From contig CAZQPC010000001.1 of assembly GCA_964595005.1 (NCBI GenBank), positions 1-55,055 on the forward strand: a DNA stretch of 55,055 nucleotides, in the 5' to 3' direction. The notes beneath the pieces are model-generated. The model was given only the letters and a program-made list of their open reading frames with translations, was not told the origin of the DNA and searched no databases. The DNA comes from an uncultured Magnetovibrio sp. (GTDB lineage Bacteria; Pseudomonadota; Alphaproteobacteria; Rhodospirillales; Casp-alpha2). The position numbers were made by a program, and so were the translations under genes. The first letter of the stretch is position 1. The number at the start of each line of letters is the position of its first letter. This document shows positions 1 to 9,509 of the stretch, piece by piece.

Positions 1-48
1 GGCATCCAGCTCTTCGTCGGTCATCTGGTCTTTGGTTTTCGCGCTCAT
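1..48 (-). CDS. possible 5' end of an unidentified CDS running off the window (partial)
   Basis: ATG at 48..46 on the minus strand opens MSAKTKDQMTDEELDA with no stop before the window edge. Too short to identify. Confidence 0.2.
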   Translation of the reverse strand, partial: MSAKTKDQMTDEELDA

Positions 49-100
49 ATGCGGTTTCTCTCATTTGTGCGAGGTGGTTGGGTTGGGTAGCATTCCCCGC

Positions 101-1165
101 ATGGCTCAGGCAAGGGACAGACGCAGCATACCCCGATCCGCCGGCTTGGGAAGGCTGTTGGTTTGCATCCTCGCACTGATCGCGGCGCTGTCGGCGGGAA
201 CGGCCGGGGCCGCCGACGGCCTGCAGTATTGGCGGGTTGAATTTCCGAATACGAATTTTTCCAAGCGCGCAATCCCCCTTTCCGACATCCGTTCCGACGG
301 CGCCCGCAAGGATTCGATCCCGCCGATCACCAACCCGACCTTCATTCCGGCCCGCAAGGTGCAGGGTCTCGGCGCCCTGGAGCCGGTGTTGAGCGTTGTT
401 GTCGGCAGCGACGCCCGGGCCTATCCGCTGCGGCTCATGCTGTGGCACGAGATTGTCAACGATAAGGTCGGCGACACGCCGCTTTTGGTCACCTACTGTC
501 CGCTGTGCAATTCCGGGGTGGTTTTTGAGCGCGACGTAAAAACGCCCGGCGGCACGAAAAACCTGGTGTTCGGCAATACCGGCCGGCTCAGGCATTTTGA
601 CCTGGTCATGTACGACCGCGACACGGGCTCGTGGTGGCAGCAGTTCACCGGCGAGGCGGTGATCGGGGCGATGACCGGAACAAAATTGAAGCCGCTGGCC
701 TCACGGGTCGAGGCCTTCGGCCGGTTCGCCGCCGAACATCCCGATGGCCGTGTGCTGGTGCCCAACAACCCCAACGCCCGGCCTTACGGAGCCACGCCCT
801 ATGTGCGCATGGATTCCAGCCCCGGCGTGGGTTTGGAGATTTACGACCTGCCCGAAGGGGTGCGGCCCTATGACCGCGTCGTGGTCGTCGGCCGCGAAGC
901 CTGGACCCTGAAGATGCTGCGCGCCAAGGAAACGATCGAACGCGACGGTTTGATCCTCAGTTGGCTGCCCGGGCAAAATTCCATCCACGATACCAAGGTC
1001 ATCGCCTTTGGCCGCGATGTGGGCAACGTGCTGGTCAAAAAACTGGACGAAGACACGGACGAATGGGAAGACCTGGTCCACGACGTGACTTTCGCCTTCG
1101 CCTTCAAGGCCTTCGTCAAGGACGGCGCGCTGTATTACGATCTGCCGAAGAAGCCGGATGAATAA
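101..1165 (+). CDS. DUF3179 domain-containing exported/anchored protein
   Basis: The track ORF opens at TTG 32. The first ATG (101) gives an R-rich n-region plus hydrophobic LLVCILALIAALSAGTAGA. YCPLCNSGVVFER and WWQQFTGEA resemble DUF3179 proteins as I remember them. Confidence 0.75.
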   Translation: MAQARDRRSIPRSAGLGRLLVCILALIAALSAGTAGAADGLQYWRVEFPNTNFSKRAIPLSDIRSDGARKDSIPPITNPTFIPARKVQGLGALEPVLSVVVGSDARAYPLRLMLWHEIVNDKVGDTPLLVTYCPLCNSGVVFERDVKTPGGTKNLVFGNTGRLRHFDLVMYDRDTGSWWQQFTGEAVIGAMTGTKLKPLASRVEAFGRFAAEHPDGRVLVPNNPNARPYGATPYVRMDSSPGVGLEIYDLPEGVRPYDRVVVVGREAWTLKMLRAKETIERDGLILSWLPGQNSIHDTKVIAFGRDVGNVLVKKLDEDTDEWEDLVHDVTFAFAFKAFVKDGALYYDLPKKPDE

Positions 1166-1175
1166 GAGCGCCCCG

Positions 1176-1637
1176 TCAACTGCAATAGGTCATCTGCGGC
1201 GGCCCGGCGTCGGTGATGTCGGCAGCGGCATGCGCGTGATAGATGCGATCAAGTCTGGCGTAATAGGCGCCGCCCTCGCACATGGGGCACGGCCGCCCGC
1301 CGTTGGTGTAGAGCACGCAGCCGGCCAGGTCGCGGCGTTCCAGGTATCGGGCCGCCGCCTGGATGGCTTCGATTTCCGCGTGCGCGGTGGGATCGAATTT
1401 TACCGACGTGCGGTTCCAGCCCTCGCCGATGATCACGCCGCGCCGCACGACGACCGCGCCGTAGGGCGTGCCGTCGCCGCGCTTGACGCCGATCCGCGAC
1501 AGATCGATGGCACGGGTCATGAAGGCTTCGTGTGATGGCGATGCGGGTTGCCAAGGTTTCTCGGCGCCCATTGCCGGCCACGCCACGGATACGGCGGCAC
1601 CCGCCGCCAGGCCGTTCAGGAACCGGCGCCTCAGCAT
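1176..1637 (-). CDS. small zinc (CDA-fold, TadA/guanine-deaminase-like) nucleoside/base deaminase with twin-arginine signal
   Basis: 153 aa. PTAHAEIEAI (H-A-E) and RPCPMC (PCxxC) form the zinc-deaminase signature. The N-terminus MLRRRFLNGLAAGAAVSVAWPAMGA fits the Tat consensus. ATG at 1637 overlaps the upstream stop (ATGCTGA). Confidence 0.8.
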   Translation of the reverse strand: MLRRRFLNGLAAGAAVSVAWPAMGAEKPWQPASPSHEAFMTRAIDLSRIGVKRGDGTPYGAVVVRRGVIIGEGWNRTSVKFDPTAHAEIEAIQAAARYLERRDLAGCVLYTNGGRPCPMCEGGAYYARLDRIYHAHAAADITDAGPPQMTYCS

Positions 1638-1990
1638 CGCTGATACACCGGCGCGCCGCTCGATACCGCGTCCGCGCCATGAATCAGCTCATCCAGATGC
1701 GCCCAATACCCGGCCGTTTCGCACATGGGGCACGGGTGCGAAGTGGAGACCATGACACAGCCCGAAAGATCCGTGGTCTTCAGCCGCCGGGCGGCGTCAC
1801 GGATCGCCTCCATTTCCGCATGTGCCGTGGGGTCGCCGTTGACGACGACCCGGCTGGGGCCCCAGCCGACGACCTCACCGTCCTTGACGATGACGGCGCC
1901 ATAGCCCTGGTCGCCGCTGTCGATGGCTTTGCGGCGCATGGCCCGGGCGTGGGCCATGAAAGAAAGCCAGTTGGGGTGTTGATCCGCCAT
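1631..1990 (-). CDS. small zinc (CDA-fold) nucleoside/base deaminase, no signal peptide
   Basis: 119 aa. PTAHAEMEAI and HPCPMC motifs. Paralogous to the downstream ORF. ATG confirmed at 1990..1988. Confidence 0.8.
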   Translation of the reverse strand: MADQHPNWLSFMAHARAMRRKAIDSGDQGYGAVIVKDGEVVGWGPSRVVVNGDPTAHAEMEAIRDAARRLKTTDLSGCVMVSTSHPCPMCETAGYWAHLDELIHGADAVSSGAPVYQRC

Positions 1991-2047
1991 GTGCCTCGCC
2001 GGTCAATGGGTGCGGGGCAATTCTACCATGAAATGGCGGGGGGCGCC

Positions 2048-2443
2048 CTATTCGCCGGCTTCGATCCCTTGGGTCTCGTTCCCCGAAAGCCCCAGCGTCC
2101 ACATCCATGCCAGCGACGCACCCTTCAAGCGCGGCAGGAAGTAGAACATCAACACCATGGTCAACGGTATCCAGATGGCGATATGCATCCAGGTCGACAG
2201 GCTGACGTAGCGATCAACGAGCATGAACAGCGGCACGATGATATGGCCAACCACGACAATCGTCAGATATGGCGGCAGGTCGTCGGCGTGAATATGGCCG
2301 AAGCGCTCGGCGCAATGGGCGCAGGCCTCGACCGGTTTCAGATAGGCCCGGAATACAGGCGCATTGCCGCACCGCGGGCAACGCTGACGGAATCCGCGCA
2401 CGAGGGCCTGAAGCCGCGAAACTTTGGGCGTAGGGCTGTCCAT
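2048..2443 (-). CDS. DUF983 domain-containing membrane protein (zinc-ribbon + 2 TM)
   Basis: CPRCGNAPVF...CAHCAERF zinc ribbon followed by DDLPPYLTIVVVGHIIVPL and a second hydrophobic helix, the typical DUF983 layout. Confidence 0.75.
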   Translation of the reverse strand: MDSPTPKVSRLQALVRGFRQRCPRCGNAPVFRAYLKPVEACAHCAERFGHIHADDLPPYLTIVVVGHIIVPLFMLVDRYVSLSTWMHIAIWIPLTMVLMFYFLPRLKGASLAWMWTLGLSGNETQGIEAGE

Positions 2444-2446
2444 GTA

Positions 2447-3316
2447 TCAGTCCTTCCGGGTCTGGGAATCCCGGACATTGAGGTAGAGTCCGCCGACAAT
2501 CAGCAACGACCCGGTGATCAGCCAGATCTCCGGCTTTTCGTTGTAGGCTATGTAGCCGACCGCGACCATGAACGGCAAGCGCAGAAATCCGATAATGCTG
2601 ACCGTGCCGGCCTCCGCCAGGGACATGGCCCGGTTGATGCAAAAATGCGCCGTCAGGCCGGACATGCCGACCAAGATAACCCACGGCAAATTGGCAAGGC
2701 TCGGCCAGACCCATTCGGACACGCTCAGCACCAGGACAAAGGCCAGCGGCATCTGGATCAGCGTCATGTAAAAGAGCACCGGCAGGGCCTTTTCCCTGAG
2801 CGCCAGAAACCGCGCCGTCGCCATGCCTACGGCGTAGCCCAGGCTGGCGCCAAGCCCGGCAATTGTGCCCAGTTCCACGTTGGTGAACCCGGGCCGGACG
2901 ATGATCACCGTGCCGACGAAGCCAAGCGTTACCGCCAATATGCGATAGCGGTTCAGCCTTTCACCCAGGAACAGGGCGGCCATGATAACAGTCCAGATGG
3001 GGGTCATGAATTCCAGCGCCGTCACTTCCGCCAAGGAGATCGTGGCGATGGCGTAAAACCAGCAGAATTGGGCGCCGAAATGGATGACGTTGCGGCCTAC
3101 GTGGACCTTCACGTTTTGGGTCCGCACCGTGTCCCATCCGGCCCGGGCGACCAGCGTGGTGATGATCAGAAAACCCACCAAGCTCCGCCAAAAGAGAATT
3201 TGGATTGTCGACAAGTCGCCGGACAATTCGCGTCCGCAGATCGACATGATGCCGAATGAGGCGATGGTGCCGCCCATCCACAGGCTGGCGCCCCAATTGG
3301 GCGGCAAGCGGCTCAT
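2447..3316 (-). CDS. DMT-superfamily (EamA-type) permease
   Basis: Multi-TM protein paralogous to the neighbouring ORF. The ATG at 3316 forms an ATGA overlap with the upstream stop; the track start at 3367 would overlap by 55 nt. Confidence 0.85.
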   Translation of the reverse strand: MSRLPPNWGASLWMGGTIASFGIMSICGRELSGDLSTIQILFWRSLVGFLIITTLVARAGWDTVRTQNVKVHVGRNVIHFGAQFCWFYAIATISLAEVTALEFMTPIWTVIMAALFLGERLNRYRILAVTLGFVGTVIIVRPGFTNVELGTIAGLGASLGYAVGMATARFLALREKALPVLFYMTLIQMPLAFVLVLSVSEWVWPSLANLPWVILVGMSGLTAHFCINRAMSLAEAGTVSIIGFLRLPFMVAVGYIAYNEKPEIWLITGSLLIVGGLYLNVRDSQTRKD

Positions 3317-4176
3317 GCAGCCTCGCGCCGGCTGGCGTCGCGGACAATCATGTAAATGCCGGTGCACACCAGGACCGCGCCCGCCGCCACCCAGATTTCA
3401 AGGGTCTCGCCGTAAAACAGGTAGCCGACCACGGCAATCAACGGCAGCCGCATGAAATCCATGGTCACCACGACGGTGGCCTCGGCCAGGCGCATGGCAC
3501 TGGCCATGCAGTAATGCGCGGTAAAGGCCGTGCAGCCGACCAAAACGATCCATGGCCCGTGCACCACCGGGTCGGGCCAAATCCAACCGTCGAGGGCCAG
3601 GGCAAACCCCATGGGAAGCTGGATCAGGGTCATGTAGAACAGGATGCACAGCGGCGTGTCCTTCTGCGCCAGCATGCGCACGGTGATCGTCGCGACGCCG
3701 AAGCCCACGGCCGCGGCCAGGGCGGACAGGGCGCCGATGCCAACCTCCGCGACACCAGGGCGAATAATCACCATGGCGCCGGCAAAGCCCAGCGCGATCG
3801 CCATCACGCGGACTTTGTTCAAGCGCTCACCAAGGAAAAGGGCCGCCAGGATGGCGGTCCATATGGGCATGGTGAACTCGATGGCGAACAGCTCGGCCAG
3901 GGCGATCAGCGGAATTGCATAAAACCAGCAGAACTGGGCGCCGAAATGCGCCACGGCGCGAAAGGCGTGGATGCGGAATATCTGCGTGCGCAGTTGGTGC
4001 CAGCCGGAAAATTGCAACAATGTGGAAATCAGGATGATCCCGACAGCACCGCGCCAAAACATGATCTGCGCGGTCGTCAGATCAACGGACAGTTCGCGCC
4101 CGCAGATCGCCATCGCGGTGAAGGAGGCCAACGCCCCCATCATCCACAACCCGGCACGGAGGACTGGCGACGTCAC
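3313..4176 (-). CDS. DMT-superfamily (EamA-type) permease
   Basis: Multi-TM protein with two EamA-like halves. GTG start at 4176 overlaps the cobN stop (GTGA). Confidence 0.85.
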   Translation of the reverse strand: MTSPVLRAGLWMMGALASFTAMAICGRELSVDLTTAQIMFWRGAVGIILISTLLQFSGWHQLRTQIFRIHAFRAVAHFGAQFCWFYAIPLIALAELFAIEFTMPIWTAILAALFLGERLNKVRVMAIALGFAGAMVIIRPGVAEVGIGALSALAAAVGFGVATITVRMLAQKDTPLCILFYMTLIQLPMGFALALDGWIWPDPVVHGPWIVLVGCTAFTAHYCMASAMRLAEATVVVTMDFMRLPLIAVVGYLFYGETLEIWVAAGAVLVCTGIYMIVRDASRREAA

Positions 4177-7100
4177 GCCACCGCTGCCCGGGCCATCAAA
4201 TTTTCCAGAAGTGCGCGCGTGTCGTTGCGCCGCGGCCGCCAGAGGCCGCGTTCCTGGGCCTCGATAAGACGTTCGGTCATTTCCTTCAGGGCCTGCGGAT
4301 TATGATCTTCGAGAAACTGCCGGACCGTTTCGTCATCCAGGTAGGCGTCGAACACGGCGTCGAAGTGATGATCCTTCACGCAGCGCGCCGTGGCCTGGAA
4401 AGACACCATGTAGTCGACCGTCGCCGCCATCTCAAAGGCACCCTTGTAGCCGTGGCGCATGACGCCGTCGATCCACTTCGGATTGACCACCCGGGCCCGG
4501 ACGACGCGGGCGATCTCTTCATCCAAAGTGCGGGCGCGGGGCGTTTCAGGCCTGGCATGATCCATGTGATAGGTCGCCGGTTGCGCCCCGGCAAGGTGCC
4601 GCACCGCCGCCGTCATGCCGCCTTCGAACTGGTAGTAGTCGTCGGAATCCAACAGGTCGTGTTCGCGGTTGTCCTGGTTGTGAATAACGGCCTCGACGGA
4701 CTTCAGGCGCGTTTCGAACAGCCCGTGCTCCGCCGCGCCTTCGGCGCCCGATCCATAGGCATAGCCACCCCAGGCCACATAGGCGCGGGCGAGATCGGCG
4801 TCCGTATCCCAGCCTTTTTCATCCATCAGGGCCTGCAGACCGGCCCCGTAGGCGCCCGGCTTCGAGCCGAACACCCGGAAACCGGCGCGCGTTGCCGCCG
4901 CCGCTTCGTCCATGCCGCCGGCCATCAAAGCTGCCGTTTCCTCGCGCACCCGCCGAGCCGCCGGGTTGACCTCATCGCGTTCGTCCATTGCGGCCACGGC
5001 GCGGGCGGCGGAATCGAAGAGATCGATCAGGCCTGGGAAAGCATCGCGGAAGAAGCCCGACACCCGGAGCGTCACATCCACCCTAGGCCGGTCAAGCACG
5101 CTGGCCGGCATCACCTCGAACCCGGTAACCCGGCGGCTGGCCGTGTCCCAGGTGGGCTGCACACCCATCAAGGCCAGGCCTTGCGCGATGTCGTCACCGC
5201 CGGTGCGCATATTCGACGTGCCCCAGGCACTGAGCGCCATGGTCGTCGGCCAGGCGCCGTGATCCTGCATGTGGCGTTCGACCAACAAGCCGGCCGATTT
5301 CCAACCCAGTTGCCAGGCCGCCGGGGTTGGCACGGTGCGGGTATCGACGGAATAAAAATTGCGGCCCGTGGGCAGCACATCGGGCCGGCCACGGGTCGGC
5401 GCGCCCGACGTGCCGGGCTCCAGGAACCTGCCGGCCAGGGCCGTCGCGGCGCCGGTGATTTCCGCGTCGCCGCAGCGTTCCACGGCGGGCCGGATGACCG
5501 TATTCAGATGCTCAAGGACAGCCCGCGTGGCGGTCCATGTTGCTTCCATTTGGCGCGCACCGCCAACCAACGCGGCGGCCAGGTCTTCCAGACGTTCGAC
5601 CGTATCCCCGGCGCTGCGCCAGGGATCGTCGCCGCTCAGCGCATCCGGTTTCGGTCCGGCCCAGGTTGCCGCCATGTCGCAGTCCAGGGGATCAAAATCC
5701 AGGCCCAGGTCCTCTGCCAGGGCGCGGTGCAGAGACGCATGGGCGGCGTCCTCGGTGCCCCTGGGCACCCGCACCAGAGCAACCAGCAAGTCCGTCAGCA
5801 ACCGGCCTTCCGGGGCTTTGCCGAAAATATGCAGGCCGTCGCGGATCTGCATTTCCTTCAGCTCACAGAGATAATTGTCCAACTTGCCCAACGCCGCATC
5901 ATCGTCGTCGCCGTCTTCAATCCCGCAATCGGCATCCAGCCCCGTGGTGTGGCACAGCTCCAGAATATCGCGGGTCAGCACCTTCAGGCGCCTGGGATCG
6001 ACGCCCGACGCCTCGTAATATTCATCGACCAACTGCTCCAGATCTTTCAAGGGCCCGTAGCTTTCGGCCCGCGTCAGGGGCGGCGTCAGATGATCGACAA
6101 TGACCGCACTGGTACGGCGCTTGGCCTGCGTGCCTTCGCCGGGATCATTGACGATGAAGGGATAGATGTTGGGCATGGGCCCCAAGGCGGCCTCCGGGAA
6201 ACAGTCTTCCGACAGGGCCAGCGCCTTGCCGGGCAGCCATTCCAGATTGCCGTGCTTGCCGAAGTGGACGACGGCATGGGCACGGAATTCGTTGCGCAGC
6301 CAGGCGTGGAAGGCCAAATAGTTGTGCGGCGGCACCAGGTCCGGGTCGTGATATGTTTCCTTCGGATCAATGTTGTAGCCGCGCGCCGGCTGCAGGCAGA
6401 CCGCCACGTTGCCGAGGCGGAAGGCCGGCACCGCGAAGCGGCCGCAATCAACCTCGCCTTCGCGGTAAAAGGGATCGGTTTCCGGCGCGCCCCAGCGATC
6501 GGTGACGGCCTCTTGAACGGATTTCGGCAAACCGCCGAAGAAAATATGGTAGTCGGCCAGGGACAAGGTTTCAGAGATGTCCCGGCGATTAAGCTTTTCG
6601 AAGGCGTTGGTCGGCCCGGCCATGACCCGATCGATCAGCGCTTCGCCGTCGACCGGCACGTCGGTGACGCGATAACCTTCCGCACGCAGGGCCTTCAACA
6701 GCTCGATTGCACCGGCGGGCGTATCGAGGCCAACACCATTGCCCAGCCGGCCGTCCCGGTTCGGATAATTGGCGAGAATCAAAGCCACCCGACGGTCCGG
6801 CGCCTCCGTCGTCCGCACGGCCGCCCAGGCGGCCGCCAATTGGCAGACGAAGCTGACCCTGTCGGCGACGGGTTCGTAACGCACCATATCGGTTTCCGTC
6901 AGCGGATCACGGCGCACGCTGCCCTTGAAGGAGACAGCCCGGGTCAGCACCCGGCCATCGACCTCGGGCAGGGCGACGTTCATGGCGATGTCGCGGGCGC
7001 CGAGGCCCCGGGTGCCGGCGCGCCAGGCTTCTTCATTGCCGCCGGAAAATACCATTTGCAGGACCACCGGCGCACTGTCGATGTCAAACGGTCCGGCGGC

Positions 7101-7934
7101 GCGGTCCTGGCCCGGCGCCGAAACGGCGAAGCCCGTGGCGTTCAAGATCACCGCCGGCGGTGCATCGGCCAACAGCGTTTCCAGGGTGGCCGCCGCCACC
7201 GGGTCCTTGAGGCTGGCGACAAAAATCGGCAGCGGGTTCAATCCGGCCTCGGCAAGGCCCTCAATGACCGCTTCCACGGCCCAGAGATTTCCCGATTGAA
7301 CCAGGGCTCGGTAGAAAACCACAGCCGCCACGGGCCGCCCTTCGATCCAGTTCGACTGGACCCGGGCCAGATCCGTGTTCGCCGCGCCCGGCCAATGTAA
7401 GCCGGCCCGCACCAGGGGCCGAGGCTCCTGCCAATCCGCAGTATGACCTGTCAGGTCGGCGGCGTAGCTGATGAAATCCAGGGCATTTTCAGGCCCGCCG
7501 TGCACCAGATATTGCCAAAGGCGGTGCTGGGCATCGGCGTCCAGGGTCGACAGCGCCGCCAGTTCCGCATCCGGCTGATCGTCGCCGGGCAGGAAGGCGA
7601 CGGGAATGTTGTTGGCCTCGCAGGCCGCGGCCACCTGTTCACAGCCATAGGGCCAATAGCCGCGCCCGCCCAAGATGCGCAACACCACCAGCTTGGCTTT
7701 GGCGATGATGTCCTCGACGTAAAGATCGACGGACATGTTGTGCGCCAGATGCATCATGTTGGCGAGGCGCAAGACGGGGAATCCGTCAGCTGGCTGCTGG
7801 GCGCGGGCCTGGGCCAGCAGGGTCAATTCCGTATCGGCGGCAGAGATGACAACGATATCGCCGGGCGTCTGGCCCAGATCGACGGCTTCCGATCCGTCGG
7901 AGACGCCACCGGGTTGGGCGGCCAGGAGGTGCAT
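4173..7934 (-). CDS. cobN: cobaltochelatase large subunit CobN (aerobic pathway)
   Basis: About 1250 aa starting MHLLAAQPGGVSDGSEAVDLGQTPGDIVVISAADTEL, the usual CobN N-terminus. ATG at 7934 lies 1 nt after the cobW stop; the track ORF extends to 7991. Confidence 0.95.
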   Translation of the reverse strand: MHLLAAQPGGVSDGSEAVDLGQTPGDIVVISAADTELTLLAQARAQQPADGFPVLRLANMMHLAHNMSVDLYVEDIIAKAKLVVLRILGGRGYWPYGCEQVAAACEANNIPVAFLPGDDQPDAELAALSTLDADAQHRLWQYLVHGGPENALDFISYAADLTGHTADWQEPRPLVRAGLHWPGAANTDLARVQSNWIEGRPVAAVVFYRALVQSGNLWAVEAVIEGLAEAGLNPLPIFVASLKDPVAAATLETLLADAPPAVILNATGFAVSAPGQDRAAGPFDIDSAPVVLQMVFSGGNEEAWRAGTRGLGARDIAMNVALPEVDGRVLTRAVSFKGSVRRDPLTETDMVRYEPVADRVSFVCQLAAAWAAVRTTEAPDRRVALILANYPNRDGRLGNGVGLDTPAGAIELLKALRAEGYRVTDVPVDGEALIDRVMAGPTNAFEKLNRRDISETLSLADYHIFFGGLPKSVQEAVTDRWGAPETDPFYREGEVDCGRFAVPAFRLGNVAVCLQPARGYNIDPKETYHDPDLVPPHNYLAFHAWLRNEFRAHAVVHFGKHGNLEWLPGKALALSEDCFPEAALGPMPNIYPFIVNDPGEGTQAKRRTSAVIVDHLTPPLTRAESYGPLKDLEQLVDEYYEASGVDPRRLKVLTRDILELCHTTGLDADCGIEDGDDDDAALGKLDNYLCELKEMQIRDGLHIFGKAPEGRLLTDLLVALVRVPRGTEDAAHASLHRALAEDLGLDFDPLDCDMAATWAGPKPDALSGDDPWRSAGDTVERLEDLAAALVGGARQMEATWTATRAVLEHLNTVIRPAVERCGDAEITGAATALAGRFLEPGTSGAPTRGRPDVLPTGRNFYSVDTRTVPTPAAWQLGWKSAGLLVERHMQDHGAWPTTMALSAWGTSNMRTGGDDIAQGLALMGVQPTWDTASRRVTGFEVMPASVLDRPRVDVTLRVSGFFRDAFPGLIDLFDSAARAVAAMDERDEVNPAARRVREETAALMAGGMDEAAAATRAGFRVFGSKPGAYGAGLQALMDEKGWDTDADLARAYVAWGGYAYGSGAEGAAEHGLFETRLKSVEAVIHNQDNREHDLLDSDDYYQFEGGMTAAVRHLAGAQPATYHMDHARPETPRARTLDEEIARVVRARVVNPKWIDGVMRHGYKGAFEMAATVDYMVSFQATARCVKDHHFDAVFDAYLDDETVRQFLEDHNPQALKEMTERLIEAQERGLWRPRRNDTRALLENLMARAAVA

Positions 7935-7935
7935 G

Positions 7936-8976
7936 TCAGGCGGCGGCCAGGGCGCGCTCGATGCTGGCCCGATCAAGACCCGTTTCGCCAATCACCACCA
8001 GTTCCGTGGCGCGGGTTTCGCCGTCCGCCCAGGGCCGGTCGTAATAGCGCTGGACCCGGGCCCCGACGGCCTGCACCACGTGGCGCATATCCTTGCCCGG
8101 CACATGGATGAAGCCTTTGACGCGCAGGATGTCGTGATCCGCGGCGGCGGCCCGAATGCGGGTTTCCAAGGCCGCGGGGTCAGCGATATCGCCGAGGCTG
8201 ACAATGAAGCTTTCGAAATCATCGTGGTCGTGATCGTCTTCGTCGTCGTGATGCGATTTCCGGCCCTCGATGACATCCTCGACGCCGGCGCCGATGCCCA
8301 ACAGCACCTTCGGATCGATGGCGCCGTGAACCGCGTCGACCATCTTCACCTGGGCAGCAACTTCCGAGCGGACTTCGTCGCGCACGCCGTCCAAGGCTTC
8401 GCCGTCAAGAAGATCGCTCTTGTTCAGCAACACCATATCGGCGCACAGCAATTGATCTTCAAAGACTTCTTCCAGGGGCGAATCGTGGTCCAACATATCA
8501 TCGGCCTCACGGACCGCCTGCACGGCGTCCGGGTCTTCGGCGAACTGTCCGGCGGCGACGGCTGGCGCATCGACCACGGCGACGACGCCGTCGACGGTAA
8601 CCCGGGAGCGGATTTCCGGCCAATTGAAAGCTTTTACCAAGGGTTTGGGCAGGGCCAAACCTGAAGTTTCGATGACGATGTGCTCGGGCGGGTCGGGCCG
8701 GTCAAGAAGCGCTTCCATGGTCGGCAGGAAATCATCGGCGACCGTGCAGCAGATACAGCCGTTGGCAAGTTCCACGACGTTGTCGTCCTCGCATCCTTCA
8801 ATGCCGCAGCCGGTAACTAATTCGCGGTCAATGCCCAGATCGCCGAATTCGTTGATGATCAGGGCGATACGCTTGCCGGCGGCATTTTCCAGCATGTGCC
8901 GGATGACCGTGGTCTTGCCGGCACCCAAAAACCCGGTAATGACGGTGGCGGGAATCTTGCCTGTTTGTGGGCTCAT
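7936..8976 (-). CDS. cobW: cobalamin biosynthesis GTPase/metallochaperone CobW (G3E family)
   Basis: P-loop GFLGAGKTT, CICC metal motif (NGCICCTV), His/Asp-rich stretch HHDDEDDHDHDD. Located next to cobN. Confidence 0.9.
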   Translation of the reverse strand: MSPQTGKIPATVITGFLGAGKTTVIRHMLENAAGKRIALIINEFGDLGIDRELVTGCGIEGCEDDNVVELANGCICCTVADDFLPTMEALLDRPDPPEHIVIETSGLALPKPLVKAFNWPEIRSRVTVDGVVAVVDAPAVAAGQFAEDPDAVQAVREADDMLDHDSPLEEVFEDQLLCADMVLLNKSDLLDGEALDGVRDEVRSEVAAQVKMVDAVHGAIDPKVLLGIGAGVEDVIEGRKSHHDDEDDHDHDDFESFIVSLGDIADPAALETRIRAAAADHDILRVKGFIHVPGKDMRHVVQAVGARVQRYYDRPWADGETRATELVVIGETGLDRASIERALAAA

Positions 8977-9509
8977 GACGTTTCGTCCTTCAGGATTTGC
9001 GGCAGGCCGGCGGTCACCAGGACAACGCGGTTGGCCAACTTCGCCACCAGTTGATTGAGTTCGCCCTGGGCATCGAGGAATAACCGCGACACGTGATTGT
9101 CGGGCACCACGCCCAGGCCGATCTCGTTTGATACGAAAACCACGGGCCCCCGTAAAGCCCCGGATTGCAACAGCTCCGTCAATTTCTGGATTTCTTCGCC
9201 GGCTTTCATGTCATGGAACAGCAAATGCGACAGCCAAAGCGTCAGGCAGTCGACCAGAATCGGCCGGTCCGGCCGGGCTTCGCGGGCCAGCACGGCGGGG
9301 ACCTCGCGCGGCTCTTCAATGGTCTCCCATATCTCGCCGCGCCGGGCCCGGTGTTTTTCGATGCGGGCCGCCATTTCATCGTCCATGGCTTCCGCCGTTG
9401 CCAGATAGAGACCGCGGCCCTGGGCTTCCACCAGTTCTTCGGCGTAGCGGCTTTTGCCGGACCGCGCCCCACCAAGGACCAGGCTGATCAGGGGCAACGG
9501 CGTGCTCAC
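8973..9509 (-). CDS. cobU: bifunctional adenosylcobinamide kinase / adenosylcobinamide-phosphate guanylyltransferase (Salmonella CobU, P. denitrificans CobP)
   Basis: GTG at 9509 gives VSTPLPLISLVLGGARSGKSRYAE with a P-loop, about 179 aa. The upstream 108 codons of the track ORF are Arg/His/Pro-rich junk overlapping cobC. Confidence 0.9.
   Translation of the reverse strand: MSTPLPLISLVLGGARSGKSRYAEELVEAQGRGLYLATAEAMDDEMAARIEKHRARRGEIWETIEEPREVPAVLAREARPDRPILVDCLTLWLSHLLFHDMKAGEEIQKLTELLQSGALRGPVVFVSNEIGLGVVPDNHVSRLFLDAQGELNQLVAKLANRVVLVTAGLPQILKDETS

Noticed and set aside
4302-7400. 1032-aa ORF on the plus strand antisense to cobN. Similar long antisense ORFs are at 1532..3259, 21203..22219, 24573..26351, 29718..30875, 38167..39591, 40955..41773 and 42097..43356.
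   Set aside because: They are Arg/Gly/Pro/His-rich low-complexity translations lying exactly opposite genes with strong family signatures. This is the expected stop-codon-poor antisense frame of high-GC DNA, with no motifs or RBS support.
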